Below the pieces are notes generated by a model that had not been told where the DNA came from, searched no databases, and saw only the letters and a program-made list of their open reading frames with translations. Of a stretch of DNA of 64,000 nucleotides, positions 1 to 15,390 are shown in pieces. The position numbers were made by a program, and so were the translations under genes. Source of the stretch: the human T2T-CHM13v2.0 reference genome, Homo sapiens. Each line of letters opens with the position of its first letter. The stretch's first letter is position 1. Location of the stretch: assembly GCF_009914755.1 (NCBI RefSeq), contig NC_060934.1, one strand, 5' to 3'.

Positions 1-146
1 TATGAAGTCTGTGATAGAGTCTTTTCTTGAACTGAGTCAATGGCAAACTGGAATCAGAATGAGACAATCTCAAGTATTATTAATCAATATACGAAGGAAT
101 AAGCATATGCTGGATGGGGGTAGGTATGTACTGCATTGCACATTCC

Positions 147-172
147 AAAAAGAAGGAAAGAAAAGAAAAGAA

Positions 173-228
<56 letters not shown>

Positions 229-261
229 GAAAGAAAGAAGAAAGAAAGCGAAAGAAAGAAA
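147..261. repeat. (GAAA)n/(GAAAA)n polypurine microsatellite
   Basis: Almost uninterrupted run of GAAA/GAAAA units. Confidence 0.97.
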
Positions 262-714
262 TTTGGCATTCTTTTCCCTCGTGGACTTGCTATAGTCCTA
301 GGGCGCTTTGGCAACTTGGTGAACTAGATTCCTCTCTCTGACTTTCCCCAGTGCAGCACCAAGTTTCTTCTTAGCATCTTCAAATGGACATTAGAAACTT
401 TTTCTTCCATTCTATTTTTTTACCCTTGCTCTGAGGATATACACATATTTTTGTGTGTTGTAGCACAGTGAATTCGGATGCTTCAGGTTGCAGCTCAGGT
501 CTTACTGTTTATTCCAAGACACGGAACTCTAGTTAGATTAACTCATTCTTTGATTCAGTATTCAATTCACTCTTAGATTTATAGTAAATAAAATTATCAC
601 TGTTTTATTGCATTTAAACTCAACTTTAAGCAGTCTTCTTTTCAGCAGGCTCAGGAGAAAAAAATATTTTGATACTTCTTCAAATTCCACGTCCTACCAT
701 CCCCTTACTCACAA

Positions 715-935
715 AAGGTCTTAGTAGGAACTAATGCATCCTAAGCTTCAGGGCCCACACTTGCAAGAGTCCCTTTCCAAGTCACACTGATTTCTCACTC
801 CAAAAAAAAAAGTATTTATTTTCATTTTACCTAGTTTATCTAGTTTTTTATTCAAGGAAATATATGTAGATTTCCTTGAAGAGGCTGCCCCCACCAAATT
901 GTTAAGATTCTGGCCCTACAAATCCTTGTCCTACT
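715..935 (+). mobile_element. MER53-like hAT DNA transposon relic
   Basis: 'ctaagcttcagggcccacacttgca' and 'ccaaattgttaagattctggccctacaaatcc' resemble the recalled MER53 ends; boundaries approximate. Confidence 0.45.
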
Positions 936-2112
936 TTTAGATGGTACAGTGACCCTACTCCCATAAATTCTTTTCTCCACCCCCAGGTTTCCTAACTCTC
1001 CTAAGTATCCTTGGAAAGGTAAAGTGGCAGACATCAAAAAAAGATAAAATTAAACAACAAAGTTGTAAACTTGGCAGAGTCAAAACAGACTATGAGTATA
1101 GGATAGAGTGGTAGCATGAAGGATAGAACGCTGGGGGAAGTAGGTCAGGATTAATATTTTAGCACTATCATGAAGCCTGTCATAGTCATTAGACCCTAAT
1201 CATATGGTGGAAGTTGAGTAGTAGACAAATTAGATGTATAGCGAAAAAAGGCAGATAAGGAAGATTGAGGATATTTTTAATGAACAGTGAAGCAAAACAC
1301 ACAGATTAAATTAAGAGCCTTTCCTTTTATATTTACCCCAAAACTAAAATTATAAATTTTTATTTTGCTATCCAAAAAAGCAATTCATAAAGAATAGCTG
1401 ACATAATAAGAAAAAAACCCCACAAAACTGTTAATGTTAAGTGATGTGATGAGGCAAGAAGGGAGAGTCTCCTGATGCCCCATGAGATGGTATGACTATT
1501 CAGAATATAAATAGAACTATTAAAAAATACTTTTGGTTGTTTAGGAACATGAACGAATTCAAAGAAAGTATCTGTTGTAAACTAGAATTGACTTCTAGAT
1601 ATTTCACTGCCCGTGAACCAAATCCAGCACATCTATTGCCTTAACAAGAATTCATCAGGATGCCCCCTCCCTATGGATAAATTATGCAATTGCAAATATC
1701 TGGATAAAGGGCAGGCAGCCTGACAATTTTCAGAACCTCTCTTTGCATTCTCATGTGTTTTCAATTTTCTTTATAAAAGTTCTAGAATATTTTGAGGGGT
1801 TGTGCTTGCTCACTTCCCGTGAATTTGGAAAATCTATGATAAAAGAAACTAGGCATTCTATTTTCTTTAGCACCGTTAAGAATTCTGTTCAGTTCAATTC
1901 AATACAAATTTGTTGAGCATGAATTATCTTAGATCCTTCTACATTGTTATATTGAGTTTTTATGTATCTCTTGTAATGTTGTTTAAATTTTTCATATATT
2001 TATTCTCTGACTTCTCAGCCAGATGATTCTTTTAATGATAGCTATTATAAGGTAGTTGTGAATGTTAGATACTTCTAGAGATACAGAGATGTGGAGTTAA
2101 ATACAACGTTTT

Positions 2113-2114
<2 letters not shown>

Positions 2115-2156
<42 letters not shown>
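2115..2156. repeat. (GT)21 microsatellite
   Basis: Direct read. Confidence 0.97.
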
Positions 2157-2158
<2 letters not shown>

Positions 2159-2689
2159 TGCTTACTCTATATCCATACCAAATGATGCAACGGAGAATCT
2201 GAATACATATATGACTCAAACCATGGCTTCATAGAAATTACCATCATTAGTCCTATAAAATCAGCTCTAATGTATTTAAATGTCTTTATACCAGGTAATA
2301 AAAAACAGAATGGAAAAATAATACTAGAAGATAGATGTCTTTCATTTTTTTCTGATTTATTTGCTACAGTTTGAATGATTACAATAAAAGTATTAGATAT
2401 TATATTGTACCATAAAGACAACATAAAGCCAGCTCACCAAGCCATGAAACTAATATTTAAAGCAGCCTATATAAATAACTGGAAAAGGGGTGTCACTCCT
2501 AGCCAAAGATTTGGAAGGGAAAATGAGGCTATACTTCAAACCCAGGGCCGTGAAAATTAAAACAGATGTAGTTTCCATTTAAAGCAGCAACTTCTTTCAC
2601 TTTATTATTTGGCTCACCAACCAAATCATAAACTAGGAATGGACTATGTACTCAACATTTGCTAACAAAAAAGGCAAAGCCATCGTTTT

Positions 2690-2900
2690 TAGAAACCATT
2701 AGACTCATTTATGTAGTGGAATACTTAGGAAAACTATCATCTATAGTGACATGGAAAAGAGAATATATACCTAGTCATTTTTGGATCTGGAAAAGAAAAA
2801 TCTAAGCAAGATTTCAAAAGTGCCAACTGGTTTCTCTATAAAACAAGATATGTATATGGGGAGATGAGATAAAAAGCCTAACAAACAAAATATAGAAAAT
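2690..2900 (+). mobile_element. MLT1/MaLR internal fragment (degenerate)
   Basis: 'aaactatcatctatagtgacatggaaaagagaatatatacctagtcatttttggatctgg...aagtgccaactggtttctcta' resembles recalled MLT1-int sequence. Confidence 0.4.
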
Positions 2901-2979
2901 AAAACCAAAAACCTGTTCAGTTTTCAAGAAATACTTATAGGAAATAGAAAGAAGATAAGAATTCCTGGGCTTGAAAATA

Positions 2980-3541
2980 TTTTTTTTTCTATTTTTTTAT
3001 CACAGTTTACTGCAACCTCCGCCTCCCAGATTCAAGCAATTCTCCTGCTTCAGCCTCCCGAGTAGCTGGGACTACAGGCTCACACCACCACACCACAAAA
3101 TTTTGTATTTTTTTTTTTTTTTAAGACAGAGTCTCGCTCTGTCACCCAGGCCGTAGTGCAGTCACGTGATCTCGGCTTGCTGCAACCTCCACCTCTTGAG
3201 TTCAATCGATTCTCCTGCCTCAGTCTCCTGAGTAGCTGGGATTACAGGTGTGTGCCACCACACTTGGCTAATTTTTGTATTTTTTTTTTTAGTAGAGACA
3301 GAGTTTCACCATGTTGGTCAGGCAGGTCTCAAACTCCTGACCTTGTGATCCACACCTCCTCAGCCTCCCAAAGTGCTGGGGTTACAGGCATGAGCCACCG
3401 TGCCTGGCCCAAAATTTTTGTATTTTTAGTAGAGATGGCTTTTCGCCATGTTGGCCAGGCTGGTCTCGAGCTCCTGGTCTCAAGTGATCCACTTTGGCCT
3501 CCAAAAGTGGTAGGATTACAGGCGTGAGCCACCGCACCTGG
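2980..3541 (-). mobile_element. Outer Alu (AluS/J-like), split in its A-rich linker by a second Alu
   Basis: Right-arm remnant at ~3000-3100 and left arm at 3410-3541, on the minus strand. Confidence 0.9.
3108..3409 (-). mobile_element. Inner full-length AluS
   Basis: Poly-T followed by a complete antisense Alu ending 'gcctggcc'; TSD caaaatttt(t)gtattttt at 3096-3112 and 3410-3427. Confidence 0.93.
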
Positions 3542-3769
3542 TGGTAAATAATTTTTCTTATTACTAGCTTCTAGGTGTCAAAGAAGTCTCAAATAAAAAA
3601 ATTAGAAAAAAAATTAAAATTCTACAATAAATTTTCTCTTTAGTGGAAGAATATGTAAATACTTATTTGTAATGGGGAATGAAAAAATAATGCCTATTAA
3701 CACTATCCTTATTGACCATTCTACTAACTAGCCAAGGCAGCTCAAAAAGATAAGAAAAAATATAAAAGC

Positions 3770-5715
3770 CTCTAGAATGTAAAGTGGAAAATAAAGCTAT
3801 TTTTCATAGATGACTTACCTACCAAGAACAGAAATATAAATCAATGTGAACTTCACAAGTTTTTAGATATAAGATCAATATACAAAAATATTATATATGT
3901 ATGTTACCCTAAAATAAATGGAAGTTGCAACTAAAACACACTACTAACAATGATATAAAAATGAGCTAGGGTCTAAGAATGCATTTAAAGAAAGATGTAC
4001 AAAACAATTGAACTGGAAAGTACAACATTTTATTGACATTCACTAATAAAGTCCTAAATGAAAGCTTAGACCAGGTTCATAGGCTTGAACAGTTTAATAA
4101 TGAAAGTCAGCTCAAAATAATCTATGAGATAAATATAGCACATTATCCAAAACAGGTGTTTATCTTTTTAAGAAAATTGGACAAGCTGATTTTTTAATTA
4201 CTGAAATTGTACAGAGCCAATACAAGTTAAGACAAATTTGAATAAGAAAAAGAAAGCTGGAAAGCTAAACTTACCAGACATTAGAAGTATTATACAAAAT
4301 CCTAATGTTTAAAATACTGTGCTTTTGACATCAGAAAGAAATCAGATATATCGACCAATGAGGCAAAATGAACAGAAGTCAGAATTAGATCCATACATAT
4401 ATAGCCACCTTTTATGACACCCTAATGGGCAAGTGAAAAAAATATTTTTAAAGCAAATGTGGTACATACATGTCATGGGATACTATGCAGCCATAAAAAA
4501 GAATAAATCTTGTCCTTCACTGCAACATGGATGCAGCTGGAGGCCATTATCATAAGCAAATTAACATAGGAACAGAAAACCAAATATCCCATGTTCTCAC
4601 TTATAAGTGGGAGCTTATCACTGGGTACACGTGGACACAAAGATGGGATCAATAGACACTGGGGACTACTAGAGAGGGCAGGGGGAAGGCTTTAAAAACT
4701 ACTTATCAGGTACTATGCTCAATACCTGGGTGACAGGTTCATTTGCACACCAAACCTCAGCAACAGGCAGTTTACCCATGTAACAAACCTGCATATGTAC
4801 CCTCTGAAACTAAAATAAAAGTTGAAAAAAAGTATTTAAAAAAGTGCTGGTTAATTTCAAAACCTATTGGAAAAACATATTTGAACTTAATCCACTCATT
4901 CATATATATCAGATTGATTGCTTGCCTAAATAGTGGCTTAAAATAAGTAGCTTTTTTTTTAGAAGAAGGCTTTCATCACATCGAGCTAAGTAAACATTTC
5001 TTTAAAAGGCCACAAAACCTTTAAACCAAAAGAAAATAATATAAATTATATTATGTTAACATTTAAAATTTCGTTTATTAAAGGATACCGGTATAGGGTG
5101 AAATGCTGACTCATAGTTAAAAATATAATGTTTTCAAATACCTATGTCTGACTACTTCTAAATCTATAAATATCTACAAATGAATAGAATTATATTTAAA
5201 AATAGGCAACCCAGTAGAAAAATGAAAAAAATTTCAACACTAAGTGAGCCAGCCTTTCCACTCTGAGGGTGACCCACAGTGATGCATGCATATGTATACA
5301 ATGCATACAAAATACCTGTATTAGAATGTTCATAACACTATTATTTTTAATGTCTATTGATAAGAAATTACCCAAATTCCTTTCAGGAGTGAAGTGAATA
5401 AGTTTATTTTGGTACACTTGTCTAGTAAAGTACTATACAACAGTACAAATGGATGATTTAAAACAACATACAACAATAGAAATGCAATATTGAGAGTTGA
5501 AGTACAAAAGCAGACAATCTATGCTTTTAGATAAGATAACAGTCATGTTTGGTGGGATAAAGACTGTTATTAAGAAAAAATATGGGCTTCTGAGGGAACT
5601 GAAATTTAGCTTTTTTATCTCAGTGCTGGCTATAAGTGAAAGTTCAGTTTCTAAAAACATTTGTGTTGTAAATTTATGAATGTATCCTCTTCCATATGTA
5701 TATTATAACTTCAAA
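3770..5715 (+). mobile_element. Old L1M (L1MC/L1ME-like) ORF2 3' part and 3' region, interrupted by a younger L1 3' end
   Basis: Degenerate L1 motifs such as 'aagatcaatatacaaaa', 'aaattggacaagctgatt' and 'agaatgttcataacactattattt'; boundaries approximate. Confidence 0.6.
4454..4831 (+). mobile_element. L1PA15/16-like 3' end (5'-truncated)
   Basis: 'atgcagctggaggccattatc...tactatgctcaatacctgggtgacagg...aaacctcagc...taaaataaaagttgaaaaaa'. Confidence 0.85.
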
Positions 5716-7094
5716 AAACTTTCCCAAATCTCCCTGGGCTTCATCAAACTGATTTTACCTCTGTACAGTCCCTCTACATCCCTCCTTGCCCCAGCTTGAA
5801 GCTCGTCAGCTTTCCCTCTGCCTTTCATATCATCAGCTCTCTATAGGAGATGTGACCTCTTTTTAATTTTTATTTCTAGCACTAGCCTTCTGTAGGTTCA
5901 TTCCTAAATCTCTCATGCTGCTTCTTCTCATCTTAGCAAATATTGAAAGAAAATACATGATCCCTATATCATCTTGTTTCATTACATATAATGGTGCTTT
6001 CACCAACTCGGTGTTTTCCCACAAGGAAATATGGATTTACATGCAGGAAAAGCTAGACCCTACCCAGATTTTCAGGATGTTTATAAAGAAATATTTAACA
6101 GCAAGAGTTGTAGATAAGGACAAAAATCTAGTACACCACCATGAATTCTTTGAGCTCATGGCTCTTTTAACTGCTGGTAGAGATAGAATCCTATGACCTT
6201 TGTTTCTACCCTGCAACCTGGACAAAACATCCCATGGTCATTGGGGACCAAAACCTTCAGGAAATGTACCTTGAAGAAAGTTGTTTGTGTTTACAATGGC
6301 CAGCAGGCAAAAGGAGGCAGCGGGGAGAACTTTTCCCAATGCTTCTCACTCACCATGTTCCTTTGGGTTAATGTGTTCTCAGGGGATGTGAATCCCACAT
6401 TCTTTCATATGCATCCATTTCTTCAAACTCTTTAAGATACATCTAACTGGTATTGCTTCTGACAGTTCAGTTTATCTCAGCCGAACAATTTATTAATAAC
6501 ACAATGTGTAACCCCTAAATGCCCCGGATGACACTGCCCTGACTGGCTCTTATTTCAAAGCATGCTTTGGTGGGAACGGTATGCCATATATTATGCCTCT
6601 CTTGCCATTTTAATTTTCTTTTATTGCATCTTGTCAGGAGCTTAATAACTATACATTGAATAAAATAAGACATCACACACATATATTAATTACAACAATG
6701 TTAAGAAATATTGTGTCTCTGCTATCAGAGGTGGCAATTTTAAATTAATGGAATTTTAAAACATCATTTGCCAACTTTGCTTTTTTCAGGATACATGTTA
6801 TAAATATAAATATGTTATAAATATATATTTTTTTATTCTCTAAGAGGGTAGCTATTATTTTGGAGGAGGGGAACTGGTGACCTTCTGCCACGGAATTATG
6901 ATGAATGCTAGGATGTGAGAACTGTTCAAAGGGTTCTATCATCAAGTTTCACTTGCATGTCTAATCTAGTCCTTGGCAGATACCTTTTTAGATTGCTGCA
7001 GAGAAAGTGAGGCACTCTGGCTTTTTCGATTTATCTTTGTCATTTGTCCCACGATGCATTGTTTTCCTGCAAATGATCTCTCTATTCCTTCCCT

Positions 7095-7250
7095 GCTGAG
7101 CTACATACTCTGGGACCTTGGCCATGAGATCTCTCTTTTCTTAAACTTGAAATTTCATATATGCAAAATGGGATTAATGATAGCTATAAAACCAAGAGTG
7201 TCCCTTTAATTAAATAAATGATACATGTAGATGCTCAAAATGTTATCAAT
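7095..7250 (+). mobile_element. MIR fragment
   Basis: MIR core-like 'gaccttggcc...tttcatatatgcaaaatgggattaatgatagcta'. Confidence 0.55.
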
Positions 7251-7639
7251 TATTCTAAATTGTAAACTGATTTATTGCAGGGGTGTTGTCACTGAATTAA
7301 GATAGGCCCCCTGTACTATAAAACTCTCTGATCCCTGTTTCAATCAGAACATTGTACATCAGCTTATTTTAAGGGCAGTATGGCAAAGCTTTGATAAAAC
7401 TGAAGTTGTTTCTCCACTTCATTGTTGAATCCAAATGCCCCCAGAGTGTTTCCTTGACCCTGAGGGTTTAGAACACACTGATTCAATCACCACCAATTGA
7501 AGGAGTTATGAAAACTCTCCCAATATTTTCTCATATTCCCATGGGGTTTGTATTTTCAGCAAGTGCTCCCATTCAGGGAGTCTGAATTGTCAAAACCATT
7601 GTCATAATAATATTTAGACGTTTTCCCTCCCCTTTCTAA

Positions 7640-10240
7640 ATACTTTGTAATATCAATTGGGATTTCATATTTGGCCAATTAATTACTTAGAAATGTATTG
7701 TTGAATTACTAAATATTTGGGATTTCCCCAGATATATTATTGCTATTAATTCTCAATTTTGTTATGATCATTCATAGTAACTTGGCGTGTTTCCATCCAT
7801 TTAAATATATTGAATATATTGATTCTTGTTTTCTTGCCTAAGAAATGGTCTATTAGGATCAAAGTATCTTTTGCACTTAGAAAAATATATACTTTATAGT
7901 TGCAAGTACTATTCTCTAAATGAATATTAGATCGAGTTAATTAACAGTGCTTTTCAGATCTTCTGCATTTGTATTTAATTTTTTGATGAATTTCTACAAA
8001 TTGTGAGAGGGGATTAAAATTTCCAACTATGGGGAAAACCTTTTTCATTCTCTTTTTCTCTCTTGCTCTCATTTTCTTTTATTCTTGTTTCATTATACAT
8101 TTCGCAGCTGTCTATTAAGCACCTGTACATAGTGGCTGTATCTTTCAGATGAATAATTTTCTGTATCATTGTGAAACATCCCTGTATATCTCTGGTGACG
8201 ATTTTTGTCTTGAAGTCCCTATATGTGGTGTTAATAAAGCTATCGCAGCCATCTTTTGCTAATTGTTTTCATGGTTTATTGTTTTCATTTACTTATTTTC
8301 AAGCTACTTATGCTTTATATGTTCCTCTTTTAAATACTAAGGATTGACTGTGTGCCTTTGTCCACTGATAGTCTCTGATTTTTAATTGGAATGTTGTAGA
8401 ATATTAATATTTAATTACTGATATGGTTATATGTAGGCCTACCATCCTATTAATCATTTTCTGATTGTTCCTCCGTTTTTTGTTACTTTCTTTTTTGCCG
8501 TGTTGTATGTTTCTCTGAATATTTTAGTACACCATTTTAATACATCCATTGAATTTCTTTCTCCATTTTTTCATATTTTATTTACAATATGAATTATAAA
8601 TTATATACTTAAATTTGAACAATTTATTTAGACTTAATGTTAACTGACTTCACCTAAGTTAGAGATAATTCATAACATTTGCTTAAATAGTGGTCATAAT
8701 ATAATAAATAAATTGAAGGGGAAAATACTTTTTTGCATTTACCTAGATATTATCGTTTGAGATACTGTTGCTTCATTTAAAGATTCAAGTTTTCTTTGGA
8801 TATCATTTTTTTCCATCCTGTAGAAATTATTATACAGCGAATCTGCTGGTAGCAGTATCTGTTAGTACCCCCTTCTCTTAAATATATGTGTTTTACTTTT
8901 ATTTGAAGGATATTTTTGCCATATATAGAATTCTTGATTTACAGTGTTTTATTTCATTTTCTCTTTTCAGGCTTTTCTACATGTTGAGGCACATTAGTTT
9001 TTATCTCTATAATTCGTTTTTGGAAAATATCATCATTTGAATTATTACTTCACTATATACAACATGTTGCTTTTTTCTGTATGGGTCCCTGAGGCTTTGT
9101 TTATTTTATTATTTTATCTTTTTTATCTGTTCTTCAACTCGGATAATTTGCATTTATATTTATTTACAATCACTGCTTATGCTTTTCTGTGCTATTTTCA
9201 TCCTGCTATGGATGCCATCTAGTCATTTTTTAAAATTTTTTGTTCTAAAACATACATTTTCATCTGAATATTTTTCTCTAATGAGATTTCCTATTGTTTC
9301 ATTTAGTTTTGTCTGTCTTCCTTTACCTTATGGAATATAGTTTAGAATAGCTGTCCTAAAGTCTTTGACTCATAATTCCATCATTTGTGTCATCTCAGGG
9401 AATACTTTTTTTGTCTTTTATCTTGAAACCATGTCACATTTCCCTTGCTCTTTGTTTGTTGAGTACATAATGTATATAAAGTTACATTATAACAATGTTA
9501 TTATATAACATATATAATATATATAACATATATAATATAATATTATATTATATATAATATATATATTTTGTTAATAACAATATAATATAATGTTATTATA
9601 TTATAACATTATAGACATTATGACTTTTTTCTGTGGTTTTAAAATTTCTGTGTAATACTTTGCTAAATAATAATGTATTACCAGATCATCAATGCAAGTT
9701 CAGACAAGTTCTGTCTCATCTCTGCGAGTGTTGTTGAAATCTCAATTCACTTCCAGAGTGTTTGCTATTTTGGTTTGAGTCTGTGCTATGTAGGCATAGT
9801 TCAGATATTTGCTTGATATATATGAGAATTGTTTAAATCTCAATTCAGTTCTCATGCTTTTGCCATGTTTTCTGGCTTGAGTCTGCTCTGCGCATGCCTG
9901 TTTTAGTAAGCTCACACTCCTGCAAGTGCAACCATACTTAGTAAGCCTTTTCTCAGCTGATTTGCATGAATGCAGAACTGCCTCACGAATGCAGAAATCA
10001 GAGGTTAGGCTGAGAGATATGTTGGTTCATACACAGAATTGGGAGTTCACTTCTCTGTCTCTCTCTTCTGAGATTTTCTTATCAAACTCCTGGCTGCTTT
10101 CCAGCAGCTGGGGCTTAAGCTTGGGGAAAAGTCCACAGAGAAAAGAAAAACCAAAATGAATAAGCAAAAACAAAACAGTAAAGGAGATTGTGCCTCATGT
10201 AAGTCAGATCTCCACCATCCACTTGCTTTTGTTTAGTTTG
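7640..10240 (-). mobile_element. Old L1M fragments, antisense
   Basis: T-rich degenerate antisense L1 ORF2/ORF1-region sequence, e.g. 'ttaaaatttccaactatg' and 'ttgaaggatatttttgccatatatagaattct'; boundaries approximate. Confidence 0.6.
9470..9615. repeat. AT-rich low-complexity tract containing a 28-bp perfect palindrome (9528-9555)
   Basis: ATATATAATATAAT|ATTATATTATATAT, checked base by base. Confidence 0.9.
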
Positions 10241-10250
10241 CAGAGACCGC

Positions 10251-10566
10251 TCACTGTGGTCTGAATGCTGTGTCCCCCCACATATATATGTTGAAATCCT
10301 AACCCCTAAAGTGATGTTATCAGAAGGTGGGGACATTTGGGAAGTTATTAGGTCATGACGGCAGCATCTTCCAAGAGGGAATTCGTGCCTTTACATAACA
10401 GGCCCCAAAGAGGACAAGGAGGAATGGGCCCCAACCAGATACTAAATCTGCTGGCACCTTCATTTCGAACTTTCCTGCCTCCAGAACTGTAAGAAATAAA
10501 TTTCTGCTCCTTATAAGCGACCCAGTCTATGGTCTTTTGTTGCAGTAGCTCCAACAGACTAAGACA
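10251..10566 (+). mobile_element. MLT1A0-like MaLR solo LTR
   Basis: 'gttgaaatcctaacccc...ccagaactgtaagaaataaatttctg...cccagtctatgg...gactaagaca'; appears to carry an internal deletion. Confidence 0.88.
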
Positions 10567-11111
10567 CCTTATTGGTTTTAAGTTTTATTTTCCAGAGACT
10601 TTAGCTGTAACCAGCAGGAGGAAAGGACTTGCTTGAGTCTTTCACTTCTGTAATGAAGTCAGAACCTTTAACTAATATTGTAACTAAGATTACAATTTTA
10701 GAATATTTATGTTATCCACAAAATTATTCTTAGTTTTCCCACCGTTGCTTGGTCTTTCTAAATGCTTCATCTCTGTTTAACTGCTCCAATCACTTCACGT
10801 TCTCAAAAGGGATAATTAGTTCATGGCCCATGAATATTCTTTTATTGTGGCTTGGTTTTATGCTCACCTCACGCCTCTTACACATGGCGTGTTATCCACT
10901 AGGGCCAGTGTACACAGTGATCTCAATTGATCTGCATATGTATGCAATATGCTTATCTGTAAGTCTCAGCACACAGGTAGGGAGCTAGAGTAATGTATGC
11001 CTTGGTCAACAGAACCATTAATACACTTTAATAGTCTGTGCATTCCAGGAGTATGCTTTTTATTGCAGAGCATGGTAAAGACCAGGAGGAAAAGGAAAGA
11101 AGGGAAAGAGA

Positions 11112-11290
11112 ACTAATAACCTACTGAGTGCCTGCTACGTATTACACCAAGGCAGGAACTTTAAACGTGCCATTTTACTTAATCCTCAAAAAGACCCCAG
11201 TTAATACACTGTTAGACTCATTTATAAGCAGAAAAAATTTGGATCTCACTTGAGTGAAAAACTATTCCTAGGTAATATAATCAGAATATA
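11112..11290 (-). mobile_element. MIR
   Basis: 'tactgagtgcctgctacgt...tttacttaatcctcaaaa'. Confidence 0.6.
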
Positions 11291-11333
11291 AAAGATATAA
11301 AATTCCATTTAAAAGTATAAGATTCCCAACCTC

Positions 11334-11774
<441 letters not shown>

Positions 11775-11924
11775 TCATCTCACGCTATGTCACTTGTGTG
11801 TAAGTTATATAATAATGTGGCAGAATATTATCCTCCTAACGAGTGAATATTCCAACTTCAGATTAGGTATTGTGATGCTGGTTGAACTTACTATCTGTAG
11901 AAAACTCAGTTAAATTTCTTAACC

Positions 11925-12025
11925 TTAAATAGAGTTTTTGTGAAGACTAATTTAGAAAATGCATTTAGCATAGTGTCAGGTGCATTACTAACATTAAATA
12001 AGTGTATTTTATTTTGTATTATTAT
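11925..12025 (+). mobile_element. MIR 3' fragment
   Basis: 'gcatttagcatagtgtcaggtgcatt...aaataagtg'. Confidence 0.5.
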
Positions 12026-12851
12026 TGAATAAAGGTATGAATTGATCAGTGATTCATTATTATGGATTGTTCAGGTAAATCTCCTGGATAATTTTTTTTT
12101 ACATTTATCCAGGTCCCAACCATAGCACTTGGCAGGCAGTACACCTGGGATTCAGACTCCTGTATTTCAGAGGAAAACATATTTCTTTCAGGTGATTCTA
12201 ATTATTAAACTTGCTTAAATTCCACTTCAATTAAGAGAACCAAAAAGTACCTTCTATCTTGGAAAGTCTATGATTTAAATGATTAGTGTGGGATGTTTGG
12301 GGAAGCTTTCATGAAGATGTTAAGTTGCTCTTTGCTTTGTAATATAGACATAAAATTTCTATGTGTAGTATTAAATATAAAACTCATATTAATATTACTT
12401 TTTTATTTGTATAGAAAATTTAAAGGCACCCATAGATCATGATTATAAGAAAAAAACCCAAAACCTTTGAAAATAGTCAAGGACTATAATTCAAAGCAAA
12501 GTTTTCATGTATGAGCATTTTGAGTGTTTGCTTTTTTTTTTTTCTTATTTCAAACATCACATTCCTTTTCCACCTGCTCCACCTAGATAATGTCTGCAAG
12601 TTCAGGAAGACAGTACTTAACTACAGGGGACAAAGAGGTCACCCACTTAGAAAACCCACTTCCCATATTTACCTCTGAGGCAATATATTAGATTTTTCAT
12701 AGGAAAACTTTAAAAATTAAAAATTAATGAGTAAAAAATGCTCATTAATAAATCCCAACTGCCTATTTCTTAGAAGGCTTAAAATTAGCACAGTTTGAAT
12801 TTTCTATTGTCTCCAAATTCTATTCCACTAAGCGTCTGTAAAAAAAAACTG

Positions 12852-13238
<387 letters not shown>

Positions 13239-13332
13239 CTAAAGTCTACCTGTTTGTCAGAAAATATAACAAAGATAAGAAACCAAACACCTGAACTGTT
13301 TGTGGAAATTCCTCCTGTAAAGAGTTTGACAT

Positions 13333-13626
13333 GGCCAGGTGCAGTGCCCCACACCTCAGCTGTAATTCCAGCACTTTGGGATGCTGAGGCAGGCGGATCA
13401 CTTGAAGTCAGGTGTTCAAGACCAGCCTGGCCAACATGGTGAAACCCCGTCTCTACTAAAAATACAAAAATTAGCTGGGCATGGTGGTGCGTGCCTGTAA
13501 TCCCAGGTACTTGGGAAGCTAAGAAGGAAAATCACTTGAACCTGGGAGGCAGAAGTTGCTGTGAGCTGAGATCGAGCCACTGCACTCCAGCCTGGGCAAC
13601 AGAGTGAGACTCTGTCTAAAAAAAAA
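13333..13626 (+). mobile_element. AluS (AluSx/Sz-like)
   Basis: Full dimer; flanked by TSD-like 'aaagagtttga'. Confidence 0.95.
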
Positions 13627-14214
13627 GAGTTTGATACATGTGGGCATATAAACTTTGATTTTCCATTTTGTAAATATTTATTTTGAAGAAATTATTATAT
13701 TTATATTTACTGCAAAAAATATATGTATGTATTATAAATACTTAAAAAAAAGGCACACAATCTATCACCAATTCAGAAAGCAGAGAGTAAAAGGAAGTAT
13801 ATTTAAAACATGTGAAACAAAATAGCTATCCTCAGACTACAAACAGGGATACTATTCATTTGTTACTATGTAAATTTCCAAAACATGTATACTACCAGAA
13901 GCATTGCTAAGTCAAATGCTTAACAATTTATCCTACTAAATCCTTTATACACATACTTCAATTTTTTTAGACAAACGTACAAATGCACATTGCACTCTTG
14001 CTTATATTTTATCAAAACCCCTAAATCTTTTAAAAAGTATTGTCAATTATGATAGATTTTTACTATGGAATTCTAAATAAACATACAATTTATTCGTGGG
14101 AAAAAATATTGCATTTAAGGAAAAGTCTTCCAACATATTATGTAGTGAAAAAGCCTTTATAATTATGCAAGCAAAGTGAAGTTGCCTTAAAAATTGTTTT
14201 TAGTTGTTAAATCA

Positions 14215-15390
<1,176 letters not shown>

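Noticed and set aside
2-341. Lys/Arg/Glu-rich ORFs and the antisense Phe/Leu/Ser-rich ORF
   Set aside because: They are translations of the stop-free (GAAA)n microsatellite.
12083-12749. Short hairpins CCTGGATAA/TTATCCAGG (12083-12113) and ATTAATGAG/CTCATTAAT (12723-12749)
   Set aside because: 9-bp stems are expected by chance in 64 kb of AT-rich DNA.
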